Below are positions 1 to 9,160 of a stretch of DNA of 64,000 bases, piece after piece. Below the pieces are notes generated by a model. The model searched no databases and was not told the origin of the DNA. It worked only from the letters and a program-made list of their open reading frames with translations. This DNA is from an uncultured Thermoleophilaceae bacterium (GTDB taxonomy: Bacteria; Actinomycetota; Thermoleophilia; Solirubrobacterales; Thermoleophilaceae). Where the stretch lies: contig CAVTFR010000012.1 of NCBI GenBank assembly GCA_963734025.1, forward strand, positions 1,924 through 65,923, in the 5' to 3' direction. Within the stretch, counting starts at the first letter, position 1; each line of letters opens with the position of its first letter. The translations under genes were made by a program, and so were the position numbers.

Positions 1-130
1 GAGGATTTTCGGGCGCATGAACTCCCGGTCCGTTCGGTCACGATCCGGCCGAGGAGCACGCGAGCACGAGCGCCGAGCGGCTGAAGGCGGCGCTCGAGCA
101 GCTCTGGTTCGAACAGGTAGGCTCGGCGCC

Positions 131-688
131 ATGCCGAGCATCCAGGACATCGCCGACCAGATCGACGCGTCGCTCAACCAGCTCAACGCGAACACTGCCG
201 GCATCAAGACCGACACTACGGAGATCCGGACGGAGCTCTCACAGGTCGACGATCACCTGCAGGCCGGCGTTGGGACGCTGGCGGACGGGCTCTTCGCGAT
301 CCTCGAGCAGGAGCGGCGGGCCAACTCGATCGCGCTCCACCAGGTCGCTCAGAACGACGCGATCATCTGCTGGCTCGACAACATCGCCGAGCTGCTGTGC
401 GGGATGACGCGCAAGCTGACGCAGCAGATCGACCTGCAGGACCGCCTCGTGACGTCGGTCGACCGGCTCGAGGGCATCGTCGAGCTGGTGCACGCCCGCG
501 AGGCGGTCACATTTGACCGCGACCTGCAGCTCAAGGAGCAGATCGAGAAGTGCTGTCCGCCGGAGTTGCCCGCGCCGGAGCCATGTCCCGAGCCATGCCG
601 CTCGCCACGCCCGGACCTGCATGACCCGCGCGGCCAGGACTGGGACCCACCGGGCTCTCCGGGCACGCAGCCGGCACCCCCACAATAG
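131..688 (+). CDS. hypothetical coiled-coil protein with Cys/Pro-rich C-terminal tail
   Basis: Inside ORF 17..688, with ATG at 131 (MPSIQDIADQ). The N-terminal two thirds are heptad-like and the tail is EKCCPPELPAPEPCPEPC. It ends 15 nt before the next gene on the same strand. Confidence 0.45.
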   Translation: MPSIQDIADQIDASLNQLNANTAGIKTDTTEIRTELSQVDDHLQAGVGTLADGLFAILEQERRANSIALHQVAQNDAIICWLDNIAELLCGMTRKLTQQIDLQDRLVTSVDRLEGIVELVHAREAVTFDRDLQLKEQIEKCCPPELPAPEPCPEPCRSPRPDLHDPRGQDWDPPGSPGTQPAPPQ

Positions 689-703
689 GCGCCGGGCGGG
701 CCG

Positions 704-2131
704 ATGACGCTGTTCATCCAGAGCGACGCGACCGGAGCCGGCTCGGGGAACGTCGATCCCGCCGAGGCGTTCGTCAACCTCGCCATCATCGCGAACGGCG
801 ACACCGGCCTCGGCTTGACGAACCTGTCCCCGCGGATACAGCAGATCACCTACGCGCGCACGCTGACCGGGCCACCGCCCATCCGGCTCGACACGCTCGT
901 GAACACGTTCTTCGGCGTCAACCCGCAGAACGTGGACATCATCATCGTCCCGGTGCTCGAGAACTTCGTGCTCGGCGACGGCTCGCGCATGAACAGGCGA
1001 GGGATCACGCTTGCGCCGAACGGCTCGACCCTGCCCGGCGGCACCATCAACGGCACGACGTCGTGCCTCGTCGTCTACGACACGACGAACCGCAACGGGC
1101 TGGGCCAATGCCTCGCAAGAGACGGGACCGACGGCACCAAGGACCTCGGGATCTCGAACCCGGTGACGCTGTATCACGAGCTCTCGCACGCGTCGCGCAT
1201 CGTGACGAACTCGCTGCTGGAGGTGACGCCCGAATGCGATCCGGCCTCGCCGGAGGAGAGCGCCGCGATCGTCGAGGAAAACGACATGCGCACGCAGATC
1301 GCGAACGCGCTCGGCGTGGCGCCCGAGCTACGCGATCCGACCATCCACTGCGCACGGAGGGGATGCACCACGGGCGGCTGCTGCATCGTGGCCACCGTGG
1401 CGAGCGGCTCACACCTCTCGGCCGAGGTCGACGCGCTGCGGAGCCTCCGCGACGGCTACCTGCGCTGCAGCGAGGCCGGCTTCGCCTTCTTCGCCAGGCT
1501 GCACGAGGCCTACTACGGGTTCAGCCCCGAGATCGTGCGGCTGATGGCCGCCCACGCCGGGCTGCGAGATGTGGTCCTGGGCCGCTACGTGCGGCCCCTG
1601 GTCGTCGCGTTGCAGGCGATCGAGAGCTACACGCTGGGAGGGCTGCGCGGCGCGGAGCTCGCGCGGCAGATGTCCGAGCACAGCGGCGAGATCACCGAGG
1701 CAGAGCTCGCGCTGCTCGACGGAGACGGCACGGCGAGCGCGGAGCTTTCTGGCCCCGAGCGGGAGCTGTCAGCCACGCTGATCGCGCATGCGGGCCCCGA
1801 CCCGCATGTCCGCTGGGCCTTGATCGATCCGCTCTTCCTCCACATGACGGCACGGCGCGCCGCCGCCGCCGGGCGGCCGGACGAAGAGATCGGGCGCACG
1901 CTGGCCGCGGCGATCGACGAGTGGGCGGCGCGGCTGCCGATTGAGGACTTCTGGCCGAGCCTCACCCGCGCGGAGACCCGCAGCGAGCTTCGCTTCCTCG
2001 CGCGCTGCCTGCTCGTGACGCCGCCCGCGCGGCGGCGCTTCGGCACGCGGCTCGCGGATGCCTTCCCAGAGGCGCGAGCGATCCAGTCCGCGCTCGCGGA
2101 CGAGCCCGACTTCGGCGAGGAGCGCGAATGA
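704..2131 (+). CDS. HExxH zinc-metalloprotease-like protein with C-terminal Cys-rich CCIVATVASGS / LRSLRDGYL module
   Basis: ORF 704..2131. The LYHELSHA motif (HELSH at nt 1175-1189) is followed by an acidic EESAAIVEENDMR stretch. Nt 1349-1459 encode GCCIVATVASGSHLSAEVDALRSLRDGYL, then YYGFSPEIVRLM, which resembles the CFIATAAYGS...LRxFRD module seen in archaeal and bacterial surface proteins. Confidence 0.6.
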   Translation: MTLFIQSDATGAGSGNVDPAEAFVNLAIIANGDTGLGLTNLSPRIQQITYARTLTGPPPIRLDTLVNTFFGVNPQNVDIIIVPVLENFVLGDGSRMNRRGITLAPNGSTLPGGTINGTTSCLVVYDTTNRNGLGQCLARDGTDGTKDLGISNPVTLYHELSHASRIVTNSLLEVTPECDPASPEESAAIVEENDMRTQIANALGVAPELRDPTIHCARRGCTTGGCCIVATVASGSHLSAEVDALRSLRDGYLRCSEAGFAFFARLHEAYYGFSPEIVRLMAAHAGLRDVVLGRYVRPLVVALQAIESYTLGGLRGAELARQMSEHSGEITEAELALLDGDGTASAELSGPERELSATLIAHAGPDPHVRWALIDPLFLHMTARRAAAAGRPDEEIGRTLAAAIDEWAARLPIEDFWPSLTRAETRSELRFLARCLLVTPPARRRFGTRLADAFPEARAIQSALADEPDFGEERE

Positions 2132-2604
2132 CCGACGGCGGCCTGGACGCGCAGCTGCGCTCTGTACGCGAGCTCGACGGCTCGCTCGAGGTCGTCGTCG
2201 ACGTCGGCAACGACACAGACAGGAGCCTGCACTACATCGCCGAGGTGCGGGCGATCGACTACGACCCCGACACGCGCCGGCTCCGCCTGCGCCTATCGGA
2301 CCGCGGCCGCCAGCTTGTCATCGAAGCAGCGATGGTCGAGCCCACGTTCCGGACCGTCGAGCCCCACGGCGCGGCCTCGCTCATACTCTCGCTTCCGCCC
2401 ACGATCGTCCGGTTCGCGCCCCAAGCCGAGCCGTCGCCGGAGCCCCGCTTCGAGGAACACAGAATCGCCGACGCGACCGAGGTCGAGGTCGAGATCGGAT
2501 GGAGCCGCACGCCCTACTACGCCGACGTCCGTGCGCGGGCGGAGCCGCCCGCAGCCTGGGAGGAGGGCACCGCGCGCGCGGCGCTCACCGTCCGGCGGGA
2601 ATAA
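2128..2604 (+). CDS. hypothetical protein, translationally coupled to the HExxH gene
   Basis: ORF 2128..2604. Its ATG overlaps the upstream TGA (ATGA at 2128-2131). No recognisable motif. Confidence 0.45.
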   Translation: MTDGGLDAQLRSVRELDGSLEVVVDVGNDTDRSLHYIAEVRAIDYDPDTRRLRLRLSDRGRQLVIEAAMVEPTFRTVEPHGAASLILSLPPTIVRFAPQAEPSPEPRFEEHRIADATEVEVEIGWSRTPYYADVRARAEPPAAWEEGTARAALTVRRE

Positions 2605-2770
2605 CCGGCCCCGGCCGGGGTCCTTGGTGGAACAGCCGGGGTTCCTTCCCCGGGTCGCAGCTCGACGGAAGGCCGCAGATGCGCTCCAGTTGCCGAGGCG
2701 CCTTGGTGCCCTGTCGTGCTGATCAGACCGGTCAGTTGATCGGAACCAGCGAACGTCCGAAGGAGGCCGT

Positions 2771-2936
2771 GATGGGCCTGAAGCTGAGGACCGTGCCGGT
2801 CGTCGTGCTCCTGGGTCTTGGGGTGTCGGCTGGGCCGGCGGCGGCGGCGACGTTCACGGTCACGACGGTCAACGACAGCGCGGCGGAGGCGTTCGTCCAC
2901 GCGGCCGTCGCAATCGTTCCGGTGGAGGCCCTCCCC
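2771..2936 (+). pseudogene. 5' remnant of a secreted protein gene (signal peptide plus ATFTVTTVNDS start of a beta-helix-type exoprotein)
   Basis: GAAGGAGG lies 4 nt upstream of the ATG at 2771. MGLKLRTVPVVVLLGLGVSAGPAAAATFTVTTVNDS looks like a signal peptide plus mature N-terminus. The frame then runs antisense into the MFS pseudogene with no sensible sequence. Confidence 0.25.
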
Positions 2937-4535
2937 TCATGCGAGGGCCATCTCTCCGGCGTCCGATGGGGCGGGGTCGGGTCGGCGCATCATGCGGAAC
3001 CCGTTGAGCAGCCCGAGCAGGCCGGCGAGGATCGGGACGAGCAGCGCGACCTGCAGGGCGAGCGGCCGTGCGTCGGTGTTGATGCGGATGATCTCGTCCT
3101 GGATCTCCGGCCGGCTGACCGGCGAGCTGCTTCTCGAGCTGGGTGTTGCTCAGCACCTCCGCGTCGTCTTCGAGCGCCTGGGCGACCTGCTCCTGGGAGG
3201 CGGCCGGCAGCACGGTGCTGTCCTCGGCCATCTGGGTGAACGCGATCGAGAGCGTTGCGAGCATGATCGCTCCGGCGAACGCGAGCCCGAACGACAGCCC
3301 GAAGGACCCGGCGGCGGAGTTGACGCCGGCGGCCTCGCTGACGCGCTCGTCGGAGATCGGCGAGAGGGTGTAGTTGTTGAGCTGGGACACCAGCAGGCCC
3401 AGTCCCGCCCCGGCGATCATCAGCGGGATGACGAGCGCCCAGCCGGAGTCCGCACGCGGGACGATCGGGATGAGCAGCAGCATCCCGACGGTCAGCAGTC
3501 CCGATCCGAGCGCGGATGATGCTCGCGGGGCGTCGCCTGCCCGCCCGCTTGCCGGCGACGAGCGCCGTCCCGAACATCGTCAGCGACAGCGGCGCGAGCG
3601 TCAGGCCGGTCTCCAGGGCGTTGTACTCCAGGACCATCTGCAGGTAGATCGGCAGGGCGATCATCGCCCCTCCGAGCGCGATGTTCTGCAGCATCTGCGA
3701 CGAGATGCCCAGCCGGAACAGGTCGTGCTTGAAGAGGTCGGGATCGAGCAGCGTCGGCTTGCCCTCGCGCTTGCGCCGGACGAGCCAGCGGGCGAGCGAC
3801 CCGAGCGCGACCAGGCCGACCGCGATCAGGACGCCGACGAACTCCCCGCCCTCCTGCCAGACGAGGATGCCGATGACGACGCCGCCCATGCCGACGGCCG
3901 ACAGCAACGCGCCGACGACGTCGACGACACGCGGGCCGGTGTAGGGCACGTCATGGATCGAGCTTGAGGCCGCTGAGGACGACCGCGATCACGACGACCT
4001 CCAGCAGGAACCCGACGCGCCACGACAGGAAGGTCGTCAGGAAGCCGCCGATCAGCGGCCCGACGGCGGCGGCGATCGCCGCCGCGGCGCCCACCAGGGC
4101 GTAGGCCTTCTTCTGGGCCGCGCCCTGGAAGTTGCCGTGGATCAGCGACTGCATCGCCGGCAGCAGCAGCGACGCGCCGAGCCCGCCGACGATCGCCCAG
4201 AACACGATGATCGCCGTGAGGCCCTGAGCGAACGCCATCGCCAGGGCGCCCAGCGCGTAGCCGAGCAGACCGAGGACGAAGGCCCGCTTGCGCCCGATGA
4301 GGTCGCCGACCTTGCTCCCGATCAGGATGAACGCGGCCGACACGAGCGCCTCGAGCGCGATGGCGCCCTGCACCCCGCTGACGGTCGTGTCGAGGTCCTC
4401 GACGACCTTCGCGATCGACACGTTCATCAGCGACGTGTCGACGACGAGCACGAACATCGCCATCGCCAGCAGCACCGCCAGGCGCCGGCTGCCCGCCGCC
4501 CACTCCGGCTCTCCGGTGGCCGCGGGGCTGCTCAT
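2937..4535 (-). pseudogene. DHA2 (EmrB/QacA-type, 14-TMS) MFS efflux transporter, at least three frameshifts
   Basis: The N-terminus MSSPAATGEPEW...VVDTSLMNVSI is in ORF 3951..4739. The reading continues in ORF 2990..3949 (VPYTGPRVVDVVGALL...), then ORF 2869..3483 (LLLIPIV...NNYTLSPISDE...). A third frame follows (PEIQDEIIRINTDARPLALQVALLVPILAGLLGLLNGF...), ending at TGA 2937-2939. Frame breaks are near 3950, 3520 and 3115. Confidence 0.75.
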
Positions 4536-4593
4536 GGCCGACGATCCGCCACCGCGTCGCCGGCTGACTCGCCCGGGCTCATCCCGCCCTGCT

Positions 4594-4965
4594 TCAGTCC
4601 GAATCGGCGGCGAGCCAGGCCTTCGCCTCTGCGAGATCGCGGCCCCGGAAGCCCTTCGCCTTGCCCGGAAGCAGGAAGGACAGCGCGCGGAGCGCCGGGC
4701 GCATCCAGTCCTCATCGCTGACCACGGCGACGCGATCAAACGACGCGGCGTGTCGCGCGCGGAACCCCGTGTCGGCCTTCATGGCGTCGCCCTCGACCTC
4801 GCGCGTCCCCCGGCCCAGCACATAGAGCAGGCGCACCTTGCGCCCTTCGGCGATCTCCTGGCGAAGCACCGGCTCGACCGTGTCCTCCCAGTCATCGTCT
4901 TCGACCTCACCGACCGCTTCGAACCCGATCGTCCCGACCGGCATATCCGTCATCTGGCGCAACAT
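4594..4965 (-). CDS. STAS/SEC14-like (SpoIIAA-like, DUF3478-type) protein
   Basis: C-terminal part of ORF 4594..5382 (MLRQMTDMPVGTIGFEAVGEVEDDDWEDTVEPVLRQEIAEGRKVRLLYVL...DRVAVVSDEDWMRPAL). GGAGG lies 8 nt upstream of the ATG at 4965. Alternative starts are 4971 and 5058. Confidence 0.5.
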   Translation of the reverse strand: MLRQMTDMPVGTIGFEAVGEVEDDDWEDTVEPVLRQEIAEGRKVRLLYVLGRGTREVEGDAMKADTGFRARHAASFDRVAVVSDEDWMRPALRALSFLLPGKAKGFRGRDLAEAKAWLAADSD

Positions 4966-5621
4966 GAGCATGGCCTCCAGTTCGTCCTGCGACACCGAGC
5001 GTCCGGCGACCCACCGTCCGGCACGTCGCCGATCGTCAACGTCCTCAGTGCGACTCATCCCTTCTTGGCGAAGCCCGAAGGGTTTCGGGAGCAGCACTAA
5101 GGAATCGACCGAGCGCCCTTGTGAGAAGTCTCGCCGCCCTGGCCAGACACTGCGCCCGACTAGAAACTCGTCAAGAGCCTCCTGGATGGCCGAATCGGTC
5201 CAACGGGCTGGGGCGCATACCCGAGCGCCGCGCACCCCAAGGCCGAGGTCTGCGGCGAGGCCGTGCTCGCCGATGCTCTGGGCCGCATCGCCGATCGACC
5301 CGACCACCGTCTCCCGTCTGGTCTCGCGCCGCCGCAGCGGCCCAGGAATGACGAGCTTCCGGCCCGCGGCGGCAGCGACCAAGCGGCTTCATCGACGCGT
5401 GCACATCTTCGCATCCGGGGCGGCGTCTGCCCGAGGGCGAGCCCGCCGTTAGCCGTGTCACCGTTCCGGGTGATGACCGGACCCGCTTCGGGTAGCTGGC
5501 CTCGCGTACCGAACGATCGCTGGGCGTGGCAGTACTTTACGTTCGGGCTTCCGTCCTGAGTCCTCGATCCGACCGCGGACCGAGCCACTCGGGGCCACTT
5601 GCTTGTGCCATCCTCCTCTGG

Positions 5622-7280
5622 ATGGGGCGGGGGCGTGGCTCCCGGTCGGTCGGGGCCGTCAAGGCCGTCTTCGCTAACTTCGAGCTCCGGCGGGTCGAGC
5701 TCGCGTACCTCCTCTTCTACATCGCGAGGTGGGGGATGCGGGTTGCCATCCTCGTCTTCGCGTACGAGCGCGGGGGCGTTGCAGAGGCCAGCCTCGTCGC
5801 GGTGATCATGGAGGTGCCGGCGGCGATCGTCGCCCCGATGGCGTCGGTGATCGGCGACGAGGTCCGCCGGGATCGAGCACTGCTCGCCGGATACGTGGCC
5901 CAGTCCGTGGCCCTCGCGGGAACCGCCACTGCGATCTACGCGGACGCGCCGGTCGCCATCGTGTACGCGTTGACCGCGGTCGCGACGGGATGCATGACGC
6001 TGACGCGTCCGGTGCAGTCGGCGCTGCTCCCGGTGCTCGCGCACTCGCCCGATCAGCTCGTCGCAGCGAACGTCGTCGCCGGGTCGATCTCCGCCGCGAT
6101 GGCGTTCGTGGGCCCGGTCACATCGGGCGTCCTGCTCGGGCTCGGCGGAGCGGGGCTCGCGATGGCCGCTTTCAGCGGGCTGCTCCTGGCCTCCGCGCTG
6201 CTCGTCACCCGTCTCGAACCACATCCACCGTCAGCCCGGATCGGCGGTCACCCCTTCCACGAGGCCGCTGCCGGGTTCCGCGCGGTCGCTCGGGAGCCGG
6301 ACCAGCGTCTGGTGGTGGGCCTCCTCGTCGGCCAGTCGTTCGTCCGTGGGGCGGTGGACGTGTTGGTGGTCGTCGTCGCACTGGAACTCTTCGGGCTGCC
6401 GTCCTCGGCCGTCGGGTTCCTCGCGTCGGCGGTTGGGGCCGGGGGACTGCTCGGCTCGCTGTGGGGGCTGCGGCTGGTCGGCAGGCCCCGACTCGCCGCG
6501 GCGCTGGCGCTCGGTCTCCTCGTCTACGGGTTCGGGATCGCGGCCCTCTCGCTCGCGGTGGTGGCTGCGATGGCCTTCGCGATCCTCGTCGGCGCCGGGT
6601 CCGGGTATGCCCTCGCCGACATGTCCGGACGGACCCTCCTCCAGCGCATCGTGCCCGACGCGATCCTGGCCCGGGTGTTCGGCGTGCTCGAGGGACTCCA
6701 TCAGGTGGGCGTCGCCGCGGGGTCCGCCGTCGCGCCGCTCCTGATAGCCGTCTTCGGTATTCGCGGAGGAAGCCTCGTCGCCGGGCTCCTGCTGCCCACG
6801 GCGATCCTGATCCTGCAGGGGCGGATCCGCGGCCTGGACGATCGCGCGACGCCGATCCCCGAGCGCGAGCTCAGGGTCCTGCGTTCGGTGGACGCGTTCG
6901 CCTTGTTGCCCGCCCCTGAACTAGAGGGGCTCGCCGCCCGACTCACGGAGAAGACCGCGACGCCCGGCGCCGCCATCGTGCGGCAGGGAGCGACCGCCAA
7001 GCAGTTCTACGTCGTCGAGGAAGGCGAGGTGGAGGTCGTCCGAGACGGTCGGATCGTGGGCACGCTCGGCCCCGGCGACTACTTCGGGGAGGTCGCGCTT
7101 CTCCGACACCTCCCGAGGACGGCGACCGTGGTCGCGAAGACAGCGGTGACGGTCCTCGTGCTCGAACGCGAGGACTACCTCGAGGAGCTCACGCGTCACC
7201 CCGTCATGCGCGAGGTTGCCGACGAGACCGTCCGGGAACGCCAACCGAAAGACGAGGGAACCGCCCCGTCGCGGGACTGA
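5622..7280 (+). CDS. MFS transporter fused to a C-terminal cyclic-nucleotide-binding domain
   Basis: ORF 5526..7280 with an internal ATG at 5622. About 12 hydrophobic segments are followed by LRSVDAFALLP...FYVVEEGEVEVV...GPGDYFGEVALL...RTATVVA (cNMP-binding fold). Confidence 0.8.
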   Translation: MGRGRGSRSVGAVKAVFANFELRRVELAYLLFYIARWGMRVAILVFAYERGGVAEASLVAVIMEVPAAIVAPMASVIGDEVRRDRALLAGYVAQSVALAGTATAIYADAPVAIVYALTAVATGCMTLTRPVQSALLPVLAHSPDQLVAANVVAGSISAAMAFVGPVTSGVLLGLGGAGLAMAAFSGLLLASALLVTRLEPHPPSARIGGHPFHEAAAGFRAVAREPDQRLVVGLLVGQSFVRGAVDVLVVVVALELFGLPSSAVGFLASAVGAGGLLGSLWGLRLVGRPRLAAALALGLLVYGFGIAALSLAVVAAMAFAILVGAGSGYALADMSGRTLLQRIVPDAILARVFGVLEGLHQVGVAAGSAVAPLLIAVFGIRGGSLVAGLLLPTAILILQGRIRGLDDRATPIPERELRVLRSVDAFALLPAPELEGLAARLTEKTATPGAAIVRQGATAKQFYVVEEGEVEVVRDGRIVGTLGPGDYFGEVALLRHLPRTATVVAKTAVTVLVLEREDYLEELTRHPVMREVADETVRERQPKDEGTAPSRD

Positions 7281-7425
7281 CGCCACTCGGAGAGAGCTCG
7301 ACCGCCCGGACGGGTGTCGTCGTCCTTCCCGGCATGCCGAAACGGCCGGCGGGCACCCGGTGCAGCAGTCCCGGCGGTTTCCCAGGGGGCGCAGGGGGTG
7401 TTCCTCCCCACCGGCGGGGAGCAGC

Positions 7426-8206
7426 TCAGACGAACGTCACCTGACCGGCGAACTCCGGTAGGTCATCGCGCAAGCGGCGGGCGTACTCCTCCGGCAAGAA
7501 GATTCGGTACATCTCATCGACCGCGAACTCCACGTGTCCAAGGATGCGCCATTCACGTTCCATGTAGAAGTTCTGCGGATCCTCATCCGACGTGGAGGCG
7601 TCGAACGGCTTCAGGAACGCGAAGACGTGGAAGAAGAGGAAGTTTCGGAGGTCCGAGACCCGGAGCGAGTCGTGACTCTCTGTACCCCAGGGCGCACCGC
7701 GTTGACCGGACGGCCCGGCTTTTCCGAACTGAAGCTCTCGAAGCAGCTCAAGCGCGGCCCGCAGCCCGGTGTCGAATATCTGCTCGCGTGGGGCTCTCTG
7801 CAAAACCGAGCGAAGTCATCAGCGAATCGACGGGCGCTCGATCGTCCAGATAGAAGACCGGCCTTGCCCCGCGTGCGACGAGGAAATCCTTTCGGAAGGG
7901 AAAGGCCGAAGCGGCTGTACTTCGTGGTATGTATCCCGAGGTCCTCCACCGGGATATCGCAGAAGCACACACGGCTTGCCTGGACCTTCTCAGCCACCGA
8001 CTCGTCCGGGTTGATTCGAAGTTCGATGCCAGGCGGGATGGGAGTCCCGTCTTCCTCAGTCGCTCCGGTGACACTCCCCCTGGTGCCAACAGGGTTCCGG
8101 AACGGACGTTCTTGACGAGGGTGTCGTACTGCTCGGGTTCTGGCTTGCCCTGACCGGCGAAATGGGACAACTCCTTCGAGACGTACCGCTGCTGCAACGA
8201 GGTCAC
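7426..8206 (-). pseudogene. AbiGi-like abortive-infection protein, multiply frameshifted
   Basis: Pieces lie in three minus-strand frames:
- VTSLQQRYVSKELSHFAGQGKPEPEQYDTLVKNVRSGTLL (frame of ORF 7748..8275, GTG at 8206)
- INPDESVAEKVQASRVCFCDIPVEDLGIHTTKYSRFGLS (frame of ORF 7611..7997)
- FPFRKDFLVARGARPVFYLDD (back in the first frame)
- LRNFLFFHVFAFLKPFD...NFYMEREWRILG (ORF 7426..7803)
The CFCDIP, KYSxFG and EREWR motifs are typical of AbiGi-type proteins. Confidence 0.55.
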
Positions 8207-8475
8207 TGCGTCGCCATGCTGGCGAGTGCTCCGGCTGGACCTGCGTTCTCTGCGGAACCCCACCGAGGCGATCATGGTGAGCGCCGCGTCAGAGGGCGTG
8301 CGGCCGCCAGGACGGCCTGGCGCGGCGTCGGCCTTCCCTGCGGGCGAGAGTCCCCCCCGCCGCCGTCTACTCGACAGCCCCGTGACGGCGGCCTCATCTG
8401 CGTGTCGCCTCCCAACCGATCCCGCCCGGCTGCTCTAGCGGCCGCAGTTCCTCGGCGTCGTGCTGGCGCGTCGGG

Positions 8476-9099
8476 TCATCCTCGACATGCGGGTGTCGAC
8501 GCATCCAATCCCGGAATCGGCGTGGTCGGGACGACCCGCTCCCGCCACGAAGCCAGCACCTCCAGGGCGTCATCTGCCAGCCGGAGCGGGACGGGCTGTC
8601 GCCCGCGTCGTAGCCTGCGGTGGAACCACCCCTCGCTCCTCGCCATCGTCCGATAGGCGCGGATCTTCCGGCTCGCCTCGTCGCGGTACTCGCGAAGTGC
8701 CTGGCGCATCAGCCTTTGGATGCGATTCACGAACGCCCCGGAATACTCCTGCGATCCGGGCTTGATCCCCTCATCGAGCCGTCTCTCGACCTCGGGCTGG
8801 GCGACATCCTCGATGATCCCGAGTCGCGCCAGGTTCAGCGCCCGGTAGATCTCGGCGTTCAGCTGCTCCCCTCGGTCACGGACCCAGCGGATCAGGTCCG
8901 TGTTGAACGCCTCCGCTCTGGCGTCGTGATCGGCGACCTCGCCGGGGATCGCCGCCCCCCGGAGCGCGAGCCCTACTGCTACGCCGTCAGGATGGGGACC
9001 AATAGCTTGTCCCCCGCACAGGACACCGCCTCGGCTATGCAGAGCGCGCCCACGCGTTTCGTCCCCGCGTAAACCCCGCGCTCGGGTGAGGTCGCGCAT
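8476..9099 (-). CDS. hypothetical protein
   Basis: Inside ORF 8476..9306. The ATG at 9099 is preceded by AGGAG with a 5-nt spacer. No motif recognised. Same orientation as, and upstream of, the AbiGi-like pseudogene. Confidence 0.4.
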   Translation of the reverse strand: MRDLTRARGLRGDETRGRALHSRGGVLCGGQAIGPHPDGVAVGLALRGAAIPGEVADHDARAEAFNTDLIRWVRDRGEQLNAEIYRALNLARLGIIEDVAQPEVERRLDEGIKPGSQEYSGAFVNRIQRLMRQALREYRDEASRKIRAYRTMARSEGWFHRRLRRGRQPVPLRLADDALEVLASWRERVVPTTPIPGLDASTPACRG

Positions 9100-9160
9100 G
9101 GCGACTCCTAGCGTGTCGGCCGCGGCTGAGATAGGGTGACGCGTTTGGGAGTAGGCCGCC

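Noticed and set aside
239-1189. Long antisense or alternative-frame ORFs throughout the window. Examples are 239..1189(-), 5160..6224(-), 13993..15177(-), 37630..39183(-), 50113..52326(+), the N-terminal parts of 52323..54608(-) and 55705..57204(-), 57393..58298(+), 59964..60926(-), 60866..62134(-) and 61108..62952(+).
   Set aside because: Their translations are Arg/Gly/Pro/Ala-rich low-complexity strings with no motifs. They overlap ORFs with clear family signatures on the other strand or frame. This is the usual stop-codon-poor artefact of very GC-rich DNA.
2609-2620. The palindrome CCCCGGCCGGGG after the stop of gene 2128..2604, as a possible terminator.
   Set aside because: It can form at most a 4-bp stem with a 4-nt loop and has no T-tract, so it is too weak to call.
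4966-5525. The N-terminal 140 aa of ORF 4594..5382 (GRKLVIPGPLRRRETRRE...WTDSAIQEALDEFLVGRS), either as part of the STAS-like protein or as a separate gene.
   Set aside because: There is no recognisable domain, the composition is poor, and a good GGAGG-ATG start for the STAS-like domain lies at 4965. It may be debris of another gene, but I cannot support a call.
8162-8656. Plus-strand ORFs 8162..8656, 8226..8438 and 8460..8765, in the gap between the AbiGi-like pseudogene and gene 8476..9099.
   Set aside because: The translations are Arg/Ala/Pro-rich without motifs, and the ORFs partly overlap the better-supported minus-strand gene.
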